Origin: Acanthaster planci
Lineage: Eukaryota
NCBI RefSeq assembly: GCF_001949145.1
Contig: NW_019091359.1
Span: forward strand, 1,624,540 to 1,688,539
Direction: 5' to 3'
Length of the DNA: 64,000 bases
The notes under the pieces are model-generated. The model had not been told where the DNA came from, did no database searches, and saw only the letters and a program-made list of their open reading frames with translations. Of this stretch, positions 25,811-38,838 are shown piece after piece (the first letter of the stretch is position 1; the number at the start of each line of letters is the position of its first letter). Both the position numbers and the translations under genes were made by a program.

Positions 25811-26349
25811 TATGGGAAGGGTTCAAAGACCTCCTTGCCCCTTGAAACGCTTTATAGAAAGGCTGAGGTGAAGATTCCAGGATCAGATTAAATGAATTAA
25901 TGAACAAAAATTCAATACACAACCTTCACAGAACACCAACGCAGACTGGGATTACGTTAGAATAAATTTGAAACCAGCCTTTTATTTTGGTTATAAATCT
26001 CAGGTGAAAGAATCATAATTAGTATTTTAAAATGCCAAGTATTTTAAACACACTCACCTACAAGCATATGTAAAAGCTGCTAAAGGGTAATATGAGGCTA
26101 AGCTGTTTATTTCATTATCTCGATTCCTTTAAAGTTCAACGTCAAGAATTTAAAACTGAGACTGAAAAGTATGGATATGTCATTCTCTTTGACAATTACC
26201 CACTCCATGCGTGGAGAAGCAGTAATTGGTGGGGTTTCATTTACCTCTGCTGAACAAAAAAGAAAGATGATTCGAAATTATGGCTGTTTTAATTAACCGA
26301 GAGCTGTAGAGACGCGGGCACTAGGCCAAGTGTGCATTATAAAATTAGG

Positions 26350-26475
26350 GCATTGTAGTTTCACTCGCCTTCAGTGGCCCGGGTTCGAAATCCTCCCTGG
26401 CCGAAATGAGGTTTTGGGTTCTCAGTCACTACTTTAGACTCCTGTCAGAGCATTCTTCCGGTTTTCCTCCTTCTG
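26350..26475 (+). mobile_element. Degenerate tRNA-derived SINE-like fragment
   Basis: B-box-like gggttcgaaatcc (26381-26393) followed by ttccggttttcctcc, which resembles a V-SINE-type core motif. Confidence 0.35.
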
Positions 26476-27358
26476 TTTTTTTTCCTCAACTGCTTCTCAT
26501 TGTCTTCTCTCTACAGATTTCTTCAAGCTTGCGAGCTACAACAATCCTTGGTTTCTTTACCAGAAATAGCTGATACAAATACAGGTTTTGGCAATTACTA
26601 ATATACATGAATGACACCAATTAGAAAGACAATTAACATCGTCAAGACCGAATCCCTAATGTTGATTTCAAAAGAAAAAATCCCCAGCGGATTTCACTTA
26701 AGGTGCAGATTAACTCAACGTTGGCGCGTTTTAAATTGTGCTAATTGCGGTAAATTCGTCTTATGTGGCAATATGCGTTTCATGTTTTCAGGACACGAAT
26801 TTATTTCTTTCACCATTCTAGGGAATATATGCGGGATGTTTGTGTTAAAATAACAAGGAAAACTCCTGATTAATGGAATCACTTTTCAAATTGTGACAGG
26901 AGTTTACTAAATTCAATTGGGAGGTCGTAATTGAGCCTGCATATTTTATTCACCAGTCATATTTAAGCATTTCTCTCTTTTCAGTAGTGTTGCGCAAGCG
27001 CGAAGCAAAGCTTTGTTTTCCCATTGCGTAATATAGGAGTTAAAGTAGATTGGTTAAATATCAATCTTTGGCTCTAGCACTAGTAAGTATCGATTTGAGA
27101 AATTGTTGGAAACACCATTAACAGCTTCTATCTTTATCAATCCCAGTTTTGCTTAAACGATATTTTCACCGTCCCAGGTTTCCATCTGCAACCGCGATTT
27201 TGCTTCCAGAGTCCCGGGTTGTTTCTTGAATTCTTAATCCCAATTCATTTCTCCATCTCCACACCCCCTTGGCTACGCTACTGTGTTGATCTCTTTCACA
27301 TATTTGCCAAAATTTAAGTTCAGATCTTTAAATCGGTTCACTTATATGGAAATGTCTA

Positions 27359-30300
27359 TTACTCCTTTTTAAGATGGTTGCTTTTCCGTCCTTTGTGACG
27401 CATGCGCTTGAGACAGAAGCAGCACACAGACATGTTTATCCAGCAAACCAAGGCCACAACGACAGCTAAGAAGACGTAGACGTCCAGTAGATTTCTCTGG
27501 ATGTAATTCAGATCCTGAACGGCTGGTCTTAGGTGGGCTCCGCCGAATCGAGTAACGTGAAGGATCCAGTGAACTATGGTATCAACGGGAGAAGTAGACG
27601 GTTCCAGATCGCGCATGATCTTGGAGATGCGTTGCGCGTTCTTGCGGAATCTAGGCAAGTTACACGAAAAACGTGAACAGAAATGTTCAATGTGGTGTCT
27701 CTTCAACAAGTTTAGTTTCCTGGTGATGATAATATCAAACTTAGGGTTTGAAAATTTTTTTGGGAGTGAAGGTTTTGCCCCGGACAATGACGTAACTCTG
27801 TGTTGGAAATTGGGTGAATGGGGGTGGGAAATCTCTGAGGTGGGGGATTACTTGCCCGGCCATGGAAATTTGAAATATGGTGAGGGCACCATATACATTA
27901 TAGGGGTGATGTTCATGATAAAGATATACATCTGTAGTGTGTTTCAAATTCATGCAGGATCTTACATCATAGTATAGCATATTCATGGCTTTTTAAACTG
28001 CTTTCCCTTTTAAGTGATATTGCAAACATTTTAGACGTTAGGAAATCCTGAAAATTCTTCACAATCTGCTTTGATTTTTTGCTCATCACATAAAAGTAGA
28101 GGGGGGAGATGATTCAATAGCCCACCCTCCAAGCTCAAAGAGTGTGTGGGGGTATATACCATCGACCCCCGGGATTTATGCCCACGACACCGGATGATGC
28201 AATCGCTGTTTCAATTTGGCGAACATTGCATGTATTATAAAATGATGTTTAATACAAAATCACATCTAGCAGTATGGATTATTGATTTTTTACTCTTAGT
28301 TTTGAGGGTCAGGAAAAAAAAGACGGATGATAACAGCGACCAAGGCGATTTCGATTAAATTCATTTCATTTGCACCTCCAAAGAGAAAGATCAGTTGGAC
28401 AAGATTAAAAAACAGGATTTTTCACATCTGACTGAAGTATGTTCAAGTTCTCTTGCGTCAAATTTCTGAGAAATCTGTCTATGTAACAATCCCCGTAGGC
28501 GTTACAGAGTAACACCATACCTAGGCTCCGCCATGACCCTGACGATGGTTTGGCTCAACGTTTCCGGTGTAATGCTACCGATGTCCAGCGACAACCCGGC
28601 ACCTTTTGTTTCCAGGCGGACCATATTGTCCATCATTTCTTCCATCAACGGCAGTCCGACAAACGGCAAACCTGCCCAAAGTGCTTCATACACGGTCAAA
28701 CTTCCACCCTGACCAACGTACAGTCGTATACTAGCATGTTCTGTGAATAACCGAAAAGAAGCTTTGTCAACCCGTGAATAAATCACGATTCATGGAACTT
28801 GAAAGATTTGGGGAGCATCTAAAAGTGATAGCGTTATTCCAGTATGCTATTGTAAATTGTGGGGTAGGATTACGATTCATTTTTTTTTTCAACAACATCA
28901 GGAGGGTCGCTGAGGGGAGGGGCGGTGCTGAAAAATATTAAAAATGACAGTTATGCCCCAGTTATTTTAACTGTATCACACTTCTACCCAGAACGATACT
29001 TTAATTTCGTCCCGAAACATAGAGTTGCGCTTGTTTCATACTTCTGATAAAAAAGGCCCATTAGAATTCAAATTTTGGCCGTTTGGTCATTTAATTCACA
29101 ATTCACATCCTCTGCATTTCCAGCAAGATAAAGATGGCTGTCGATGGAGGAATGAAGAGAAATCTATGCAATAAGGAATCCAATTCAAATAGAAAGCTCA
29201 TTGTAGATTCCTTCACTGTAAAACCGAACGCCCATTATAAACGCGTCTTTGCGTTGTTAACATGTAACTATTTAACAATAAACACCTAATTTGGAAATGA
29301 ACGTGTGATGGTGTTCAGAAAGTGTTACGACCCGATGTACGTGCTTTTGTGTCTTGTTATTAAACACTTAAAATGTGTCTTTGTGTCTTAATCTATTAAC
29401 AAATCAACACGTATTTCATAAATAAACACCACACAACACGTTCATATAGTGTTAGCAGGAAGGCATTTAAAAGGCGTTAAAACATTAACACTTGGGTTTA
29501 CAGTGTCCACCAGAGATGAACTCGTCTGTTTCTCTCTTGATGCATAACAATGAACCAATCATACATGTATCAAAAATAAAACACTGCAAATATGTTCTTT
29601 GGCTCTTTATTTAAACAAAGGAAAAGGCTGCATAAAGTCTATAGCCCTGATTTTCATGTTAAATTTCATCACAGATTTGTAATGAATAAAATAACAGTTT
29701 TGTGTTTGTAAGGTTTGGGAATTATAAGTGACAAAATGTTTTCACAGACACTCTTTGAAGCCAAATGATTCAGATGCCAATTACGAAAACGAATGACCTA
29801 AAAGCAATACAATTTTCTCTTTCCACATAAAACAGTTACTAATCGCTACACAAGACACAAGACAAATTTACTGGAATTAGGGCGACTTATAATGTCCGTT
29901 TTTCCTCTTTGTTCCATTTTGTTTCGTTTCAATGCACTGCATTCCGTTCTGTTCTGCTTTTTATTTTGTTTGGGTTGTTTGTTTGTTGGGTTGTTGGTGT
30001 GTTTGTTTGTTGGTGTGTTGGGGTGTTTGTTTGGTTTTGTTTGTTTTGTTTTTAATTTAAAAAAATGAGCTAGACAATGTTCATAGACAAAGTGAAAGTA
30101 CTTATTAACAGGTGTTAAAATAGCATGGAAAACCTGCAATACCCAGCACCAAAATCACTTTTAATTTTAGTTTGCACATTTAAGAAGTGGTACGAGAACA
30201 AAAGGAGAGTACAAGCTCTGTCCACATTCATAAAAGTGATGAAAAATGTATGGTCTGTGGTTTGGGGGTTTTTTGGGGACTTGTTTTTCTTTTCTTTCTT

Positions 30301-33300
30301 TCTTTTTTTTTGTTTTTTTTTTTGCGGGGGGGGGCTTTTTGGGGAGGGGGTCTTTTTATCATATTCTGGGAAGGGCTTAAGGAATTTGGAATGAAGGGGA
30401 CTTGTGGCCCCCAATATAATTATACACAAATTATGTCCGCCAACATACTAATTTCTAAACCTAAAACTCATTGAGACATACGAAAACTAACTCACCCATA
30501 ACTTGTGTCATTGGTAACCACTTGACAACCATCGTATTGTTGCCCAGCTCAAGTCCAGTCAACTCCTTGCCTGACTGCCACAGTACGCGATACGGAAGCC
30601 TAGAGAAGGCATCTGCAAACACTTGAGCCTTGTGGCGCTCCAACACTGGAACAAACGTGCCCATGGAGAACAATATCGCCCCAGCTGGAGCTGTATCTAA
30701 GAATTCTAATACCGCTTGTTGCAGCTGCAAATTTGAAGGACAAACAATCATTGAAGGTGATTCTCCTCCACCCTCCACCCCCAGCCCCCCCATGGGAATT
30801 CCAGCGACCATTCACTGCAAAAGCTCTGTTAAAAGCAACACTTCCTGGTGTTAGATGACCACACTAAAGATGTGTTATTTTAAACTTAAACACCAACAAG
30901 TGTTACAGTGCACCGGAGGGTGTTAAAAGTAATACCAACAGTGTTGAACTAACACAGAAGAAAGATGTTGAAATGCAGGTTGTTTGCAGGATTGTAACGC
31001 ATATCGGAGCGAGCCAATGGTGGTGAGCATTATATCTGGAGTGTTGTACGGGGCCCTTGCTCCGTGACAACTGCTTCGGAAATAATACTTTCCCCCATGA
31101 AGTGGGGGACATCAGCTTCAGTTTATGCTTGATCATAGGGAAGGTTTGCTTGGTGTTGTGTGGTCTCTTCAATTGAACCAAGCGCGGATGCTTCACCTCC
31201 AATAATTCTATGGAAATTGTTCAATGTTTCATTATTGTCGTCATGATCAAACCTTCGAAAGATTATGAAATCACATTGCTTAACATATCAATATATATAT
31301 TAGATATAACTATCTGTTAAACCACCATCTGTTAGAACTGTCATTCAGGTTAATAGCACATTTTTCAAGAGAGCGGCCTACCGTTTCGTTTGAGTGCCGT
31401 CCGGCATTGTGGAGAACAACGATCGTGTTGGGCTGTACAGGTCGAGGAAACTCTAACGCAAAACTCCCGTGTAGGAAATACAAGACGGCTTGTTTGTAGG
31501 ACTCGAGGGTGCTGATCTCTGGCTTGATATTGTACTTGATTTTCAACTTATCATAGCCATCAAACTTACACACACCCATACGAAATTGGATAAAGCCGTG
31601 GATATAATGGGCTAAAGTATTTTGGACTCGTTGGAGAAACGTCATTTTGTTGGTGAGTCCCAGGGCTTGCTCTGGTACGTATGACGGTTCCGTTGGAAGT
31701 CCAGCCCTGTTAATAAAGACTGGCTAAAATCAATTTGTTTTAATACAAATCTGCAAAATGCACCTTTGTGTCTCAATTAACCTTGCATGTATTTTCAACA
31801 TTTGTTTCACCATTTTAAAGAGTATGTTGCTGCCTTTCGTTTCTTATACTAATGAAAGTTTCCATAGGCCTATTCATGAAACAAACTATGATGTCATCCC
31901 AGTAATAAAGCTTCAATGTTACCCGGTTTGTACACGAGAGTACACGATTTCGTAGGACCATAATTTCCCTCCTTTGCTAATTCAATCCCTTTCCAGAAAT
32001 GCTTTCAGTAAGTAAATTTGGGGTTCACAATTGCAAACAGAAAAACCTATGCACTGAACTAGGTCTTCCCTGCATGACATCACAGAAACAGCGCCCTCAG
32101 TTGTCCAGGAAAGCATGGATAATTTAAGTGCCGTAAAACAGCATTTTTCAATGCATTTAACACAAAAGGAGTGTACAAAAGATTTCATACATCGAAGAAG
32201 AGTAAATAGTTCGAAAAAAATTGTGTTGAACAAAAATTCATTGCAGCGACACTTTATCTATGCATATAGTTTCCCATAGTTTTGATTTTATTTAGGCGCG
32301 GCACAGACCATGACATGTACGTGTTATTTTGCATACGATCCGGTGGTCTAAGCGTTTACGTCTATGGACCATTCGAGAAATTTTTTGCGTCACGCTGGAG
32401 ATAATGTGCGCATACTCAATATGATGCAAACAGTAATGGACCAGTCACACGGGACTGGTATGTTTGCCACCACAAAGCGTCTCAAAGGTCTTCCATTACG
32501 TTGTAAAACAGCGTTAAGAGATTAACCATATATTTATACCAACTTTTTATAAAACGCTTAACCCACAACTTGTTTATTGAAATGCATTTACATGGTAAAC
32601 ACTTTTCTGTGCGACACGCTCAGCTATTCTGTGAGATCCTCACAATGTAAAAATCAACGCTCATTATAAACGCGTCTTTGTGTTAATTGTAAACATGTAA
32701 GGGTTTAAAATTTAACATCTTTTTTGGAAATAACGTGCTCTGGCGTTCAAAAAGTGTTACTACCCGATAAACGTGTTTTGATGTCTTTTTATTAACAACA
32801 AAAATATGTCATCTTGTCTAAATTTATTAAACACATCAACGCGTATTTAATAAATAAACATCACATTGTGTTTAGCTTTGGATTATAAGCACCACAACAC
32901 ATTCATAAAGTGATAGCACGAAGGCATTTAAAAGGCTTTAAAACATTCACACTTATTTTTACAGTGCGCTTTGCATCTTCTAAACTATTGCAGTGTGAAT
33001 GTCTGAACGTCGTGGGTTAACGAGCGAAAAAGTAGGTAAAGTAAAATAGGATCGGAAATATGGTTAAAAGCGCCCTTTTACAGTGTAAGGGAAGGAATCG
33101 TTTCTTTATCCTCTGCTGATTATTTCAGCTTGACAAAGAAAAGACTACTTTACGTCTTACCAATATCCTTGCTTGGACGGAATCGCGAAGAAGACCGAGT
33201 TATGAATAAATGGGATGTTTAGAGCCTGTGCCAACAGTGGACCGCAAGGTATCATGTCGTCCACAACCATCATATCAAAATTCTCGCCACGCAGTCGTCC

Positions 33301-33768
33301 CATCGTTGCTGCACCCCCCAACAAATCGTCGCATTCTTGAAGCCACATGTCCACAACGTTCAACCTGCCCGCCAGGTTCGCTGAATTAAAGAAGGGTCCC
33401 CAGAAGGAATTATGACGTCCTCGGACAACCACCCTGCCTATGTTGTCCACGATCTCGTTTCTGTGCTGTTTGGTGTAGCTGGAGTTGAAGACAACGAAGG
33501 AGAATAAGTCGGCGTCCTTCTGCCAGCTACTGTTGGAGTTAGAGCTACTGACGAGGGAGACAACGCGGTGACCCTGTCGCACCAGGGCCCTGCCCGATTT
33601 GCATATGGATATGTAGTGGCTTTGGCCAGTGATAGAAGCAAAATACAGAAATTTGTACTTTTTCGCGGCATAAGCATCCCGTCCTTCGTCGGTTGTCAAA
33701 ACAGGTGACAGGAGTGAGGACGACAAGACGAAGGTCACCAGCAACAGAGTGGGCAGCGTTGCTGGCAT
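27359..33768 (-). CDS. UDP-glycosyltransferase (GT1, UGT-type), paralogue A, about 557 aa
   Basis: Exons 33768-33161, 31706-31382, 30724-30496, 28740-28521, 27650-27359 splice in frame. Features: signal peptide, GQSHY (catalytic-His position), PSYVP...MTFLQRVQN, EFPRP.QPN, FSMGT, divergent UGT signature, C-terminal TM helix and KKE* ER-retention-like tail. An alternative in-frame ATG lies at 33780. Confidence 0.92.
29214..29505. mobile_element. CACTG-terminal MITE (EnSpm/CACTA-like termini), copy 1
   Basis: Termini cactgtaaa ... tttacagtg. Homologous copy at 32643-32966. Confidence 0.65.
29955..30055. repeat. Degenerate (GTTT)n-type microsatellite
   Basis: Direct reading of T/G low-complexity repeats. 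Confidence 0.8.
32643..32966. mobile_element. CACTG-terminal MITE, copy 2
   Basis: caatgtaaaaa ... tttttacagtg; colinear with 29214-29505 (e.g. cattataaacgcgtctttg, aaggcatttaaaaggc). Confidence 0.65.
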
Positions 33769-36210
33769 CGTTATTTCCATCAGACTGTGAACTTTGGAAG
33801 AAAATATTTGAGAAAATTTCAAAGACTGCAATCCGTGTATACAAATCAATGAAGAATTCAGTAGATGACCCGTCGGTTTGTTGGGTGAACCTGTTTAGTA
33901 ACTGAGTTTGCAATACGCTAACTTGAAGAGAAGAAAGATATTAACTGGAATGCTCATGTTTCAGAGTTCATTCTTGAATTACCTTCGGATGGCAGAGAAT
34001 CATAGGCTTCGATATTCGGGAACAAACCCTTCCTGCACACACGTAAGTAAACACACACGCACGTGCGCATAACAGGACGGGCTTTCATCAGCAGACCATA
34101 CCCTGCCAGCTTACACGACTACCACTGTCTCAAACAGGCTAATCTTGATTTCAAGACGTTAGTGCTTGATAGCGGACACCGTGCATAGTGCGCCTCCTAA
34201 CGACTCATAATGAGACTCTGCGCCAGCTAGCTCGCAGTGAGAGTAAGTAAAAACTAGTTGTGCGAGGGCGCTCTTCAGCAGAAATAAAACAACTATCGAT
34301 CACCGACGTCTTGGGCCACGACTAAAAATAGGCAGGCTTTTATACGGGTAGAAATCGATGAACTGCAGTTTTGTTTGGCCTGATGGCTAAGGTTCGTGGG
34401 ATGACACGCACAATTAACAAGGGGAAATCACTGTATCTGTTCTCTACCCTGATCTGATGGTTTGACTGTCCCTTTTCCAATCAGGAGCCCACGTATAGCT
34501 CCCAATCACTCCACTGTTTCTCACTGTAAGCAAAATAAACTTTGTCCAAGCATCTGGACAGCCTGGATGCACAACTTTTAACACCTTCCCATAATCATGG
34601 CTTTCGACTGCTGCAAGTACTACCAAGTATCAAACCATCAAATCTGTTCAAAATTCGAGTACAGAGACACTGCAGATTCTTCTACATGGACAAAAAACCT
34701 TCCAAGATTGAGAAAATGTCTAAAAATGGGCTTTTTGATGTGTGACCCTTGTGCTGGTGCTTAATTAAAAAGACGGGCGTGAATTGTAGCCCTTTTTTGT
34801 TGAGTTTTACCACTCTTAATACTGCCGTATCATTTACATAGTGCAACATTATTCTCTGCCACACACAATGTGAATGAAGTAGTGGTCTTATGAAAGCTAG
34901 GATTAGGACGGAAAACTGACGGAATATCGACACTTCCTGGAATTAAACAGTAATTTGGAGTAAATTTGCAACGACGCTTGGGCTGATAGACACTGCTGTT
35001 CTTACCTTAGAGAGAGTTGAACCGTCACGGTGCCCTTCGTTTGTATGGCTTTCTTTGGCAAGACCCGAGTCAGCTTAGAATCCAGAAGTGCACCGCGAAA
35101 CGGTTTTCAGGTTAGCGTCAGGGTTGTCACCTAGCTTTGCGAGATAATATGAGTTTGTAGGACAACTTTTTTTTCTTAATAAAGCTCGCTTATCAACAGA
35201 AGGGCTCCAACAAAGTTCTGATATCGACTGTTGTGCAGAAAGTCAACACTGGTTTTATTCAAGAACGTTTATAAAGTTCAACAGAAGATCAGCACGTATG
35301 CAGGTGGACTTTTCAACTACGCATGTCCGATTCTGAGGCTCATTTGCAAATGTAATGACGCTATCGATTTCATGCTCGCAAGCAGTTGTTGATTTCAGGA
35401 GATTATACGCCTTTTGACACTTTTTATGAGACTACAATTCAAGACAAATATTATTTTTATGGCTGGGTTAGGCCAATTCCTCACGCATATCGTAGAATAC
35501 GGGGGGGGTCGGAAAGGAATTTACCCCAAAACAGCTCATTATAATATTTAAGCTTCTCCCCTGCTGCGCCATGTTTCTCAGAAAATAAAAAGTGAAAACC
35601 TGGGGGGCTCCCAAACGACCCTCCCCTTGGGTGCACCTCTGTCGCAAGGAGACACAGGCCTTCAGTACATAGCACGGGGTTGCTGCACGAGCATGCCCGA
35701 ATCCCCCCCCAAAGAAAATGTTAAATAGTAATATTTCTTTGGTGAAATGTTACAAATAGTACCTGTGCCAAATTTAAAAGCATTTCACGGAAAAAGTTTA
35801 TGTTTCACGAACAAACGTGAAAACTATGCCCAATATACTGTTTTTTACCGAAAATGAGCAAAAATAGGATTTGCTCCCTCTTGCGGTGGCTTTTGGAGCA
35901 GCTTGACGCTGTGGCAACTGGCAACTTTAGAAATGACCAAGAACACACATTCTCACGTTGCCACGAGAAAGTGAGAACGGACCTGTGGTTCTGGTAAAGA
36001 TAGGATTTCTGGCCCACGGTCTACATGCACCGCATGTGATCGTAAAAGAAGGGTTCCATACATACAATGCCATGTGGCCCACGTACATGTACGCGTCCAT
36101 GCACACGTTCATGGCCGATAGGTTATCTCTGAAGTACATGTACATATGTATTGTGAAAATCTCGCGCTGCCCTGCCAGTCCAGTGCTGGATCGATGTTTT
36201 GCATATATAC

Positions 36211-36605
36211 CAGCGTTGTAGTCGAGCACTTTTCGAGTGCCAAAGGTTCTCTGCCAAATGTTGAACTGGGTAAAAGGGAATAAAGCTGGAGTATTCATAG
36301 GCATTTGATGGTACGCACGAAGGTAAAATTACAAACGAAATGGAAGACTTCAGAAGCTGCTGGTTTGGTATAATTGAAGTCTCAAGGAGAACAATACAAG
36401 CACTCGGCCGATTACTTTTCGAGTACTTTGTCCCAGAATCTTACTTCTTTTATGAAACACAAATGGCCAGAGGTCATCGTTTTACTTTGTAATCTTACCT
36501 TTGTGAATGGTACCCAAATGTCCATGTTCTTCAGCTTTGTTCCCTGCTAGTTAAATATCTGGCAGAGAACTTGGTGCTCGAAAAGTGTACTTGACTACAA
36601 CACTG
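36211..36605. mobile_element. Long-inverted-repeat (foldback) MITE with hAT-like termini
   Basis: The arms are inverted copies over more than 100 bp (cagcgttgtagtcgagcacttttcgag... / ...ctcgaaaagtgtacttgactacaacactg). The flanking 8-mers atatatac / gtatacac resemble a decayed TSD. Confidence 0.7.
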
Positions 36606-37035
36606 GTATACACGTTTGCATGCTGTAGGCTACAGACGGTGTCTGAACTAACTCATCATCGAACAAAATATCCAGAGACATGTAGGCGGAATGGGAAGTA
36701 TTGTTAAGTAGATCACGGTCTTTAATATCAAGTATTTCGTTGACCTGCAAACACTTCTAAAAGTCAGATATTGAAAGTAAAAAGGGAAAACAGATCGATC
36801 AAAAATGAAAGCATTACCCTAACAACCACTTTGTGGCCAAATTCGGGTTTCCGTTTAACCTTCTATTCTATTATTTTCATGAGTGCAAAATCTTTAAAGG
36901 AAGAAGACTCATCCGAGGTTTACGAGGGTACAGTAAACAGCCACAACCAGGTCTTTAAAATAATACATTTTGCTTGAATATCGAATGCGTGATGTTAGTT
37001 TCACGTACGTACTAGATAGTTTTCACTGAAACTAA

Positions 37036-37215
37036 AGGCGCCTTTCCATATGCACGTTTTTGGTGCGTTTCACTTTCACAGACACAAAAAATTGACGCCA
37101 TTAATTAAATAACACACGTGTGCGTTGGGTTCGGCCGTCAAAATCGCCCCGGGAACGATTCTGACGGATACACAACGCTTGGCGCAAGTGCTGACGCGTA
37201 TACGGAAAGGCGCCT
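37036..37215. mobile_element. MITE with PIF/Harbinger-like termini
   Basis: TIR aggcgcctttccatat / atacggaaaggcgcct. Confidence 0.6.
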
Positions 37216-38838
37216 GAACACAAACCTAGAAGTACACTGTGTTACAGATTTCAATCGTGCATCATGACTTTGACCCTAATCACTCGTCACTTTGTGAGGT
37301 AACTATTCTTTGAGCCAGCTTGCTCGTAACTGCGAGAGTGTCTATAATTAGCTGTGTTTAACAGTAATTAAGTTTCCGATTTCACATACCATTTTCAGAC
37401 ATAACAGGGGCAACGGTTATAATGTGGACTCTCGGACTGAAAGTCAACACTGACTTGTTCAAGTACATTTACAAATCTCAACAGACGATGAATTACGCGC
37501 TAAGTTTATATGACTTTCATGACCTTATGTCTAATGATTAGATAATAATACATAACGGCTGTAAACTTCTTGCTAGAGTAACCTGGAATGAACATCGAAA
37601 GAGTTCGAGGGCCTGACGTTTCGGTCTGCGCAGAATCTAAGCCAAAATGGCAAATGGGCAGAGCCTACAGTCAAGAACTAGAGAAGGACGTCTGTGTTTC
37701 ACGAAGCAGTGGTCAGTGTGTCCCCAGACAATTAGTGTTGATCATTTGGTGAACAGAGACGTGTGTCTTCAAATAGTGAATACTCAACACTACAAATTAA
37801 TTAAAAGCACTTGAGAAACATTTACGCAAGCGTGACTTTTACGAGCGCTCGGTCCTGGATTTTTTACAAGTTTTTCACGCTCAAGCAAGCGCAAAAGCCC
37901 CTCTTTCTTTTCATGATTCAAGAAAACACTTCTTAATATCCTCTTCTGTTTCGCGTCATTATGGGGTGCCCCAACTAGTCCCCCTGTTTGACCTTCAAGA
38001 AAACATTGATGTAGTTTCCGGTTTGTAACAGTTGGGCATCTGGGCCAAAAGTAAAAGATAAACGCATACACTTTTTCGCTTCACAACTTCTGTCCTTGAA
38101 TTTACCAAGTTTGAATTCTCCCCACAGTTTAACCACACAATCACTCCCTCAAATTGTGTATCTCATGCATCGTCGCCATTAGCCGTCCGAAGAGCTGCTC
38201 TTACTTTCGGACATTGTCCTCGAAAGAGGAAATGGCAACAAGAGGCGATGGTAATTAAATGCTTGGATGGCTCGATACCCCCAGTCCTTGGGCCTGTCGA
38301 TGGTACCTGCAGAAACAAGTTGCGGGAAAGGCCTGTAACTCTTCCAAATATGAACAGCACTCAAGCAATGTGAAATACAGTCCTCTTACAGGTCGATTCG
38401 GGACTACTAATTTTCAAAGCACAATATCAACAGCTGACATTTTCATCAATCCCAGTTTTGCTTTTATGATTTATTTTCATTTGCAACTGCGACTTTTCTT
38501 GAGCTAGAATCTCGAGTTCTCCTATCCATTTCATTTAGCCCTAATCCCTTGCCTTTGCTATTTTGATATGTTCTCTTCAGCATTTCTCGCCCAAATTTAA
38601 GAATAGAACTTTAAAGTGGTTTAATTTTTCCATTAATCCCTATATGCAGCAAGGTATGAGACGGNNNNNNNNNNNNNNNNNNNNNNNNNNNNNNNNNNNN
38701 NNNNNNNNNNNNNNNNNNNNNNNNNNNNNNNNNNNNNNNNNNNNNNNNNNNNNNNNNNNNNNNNNNNNNNNNNNNNNNNNNNNNNNNNNNNNNNNNNNNN
38801 NNNNNNNNNNNNNNNNNNNNNNNNNNNNNNNNNNNNNN

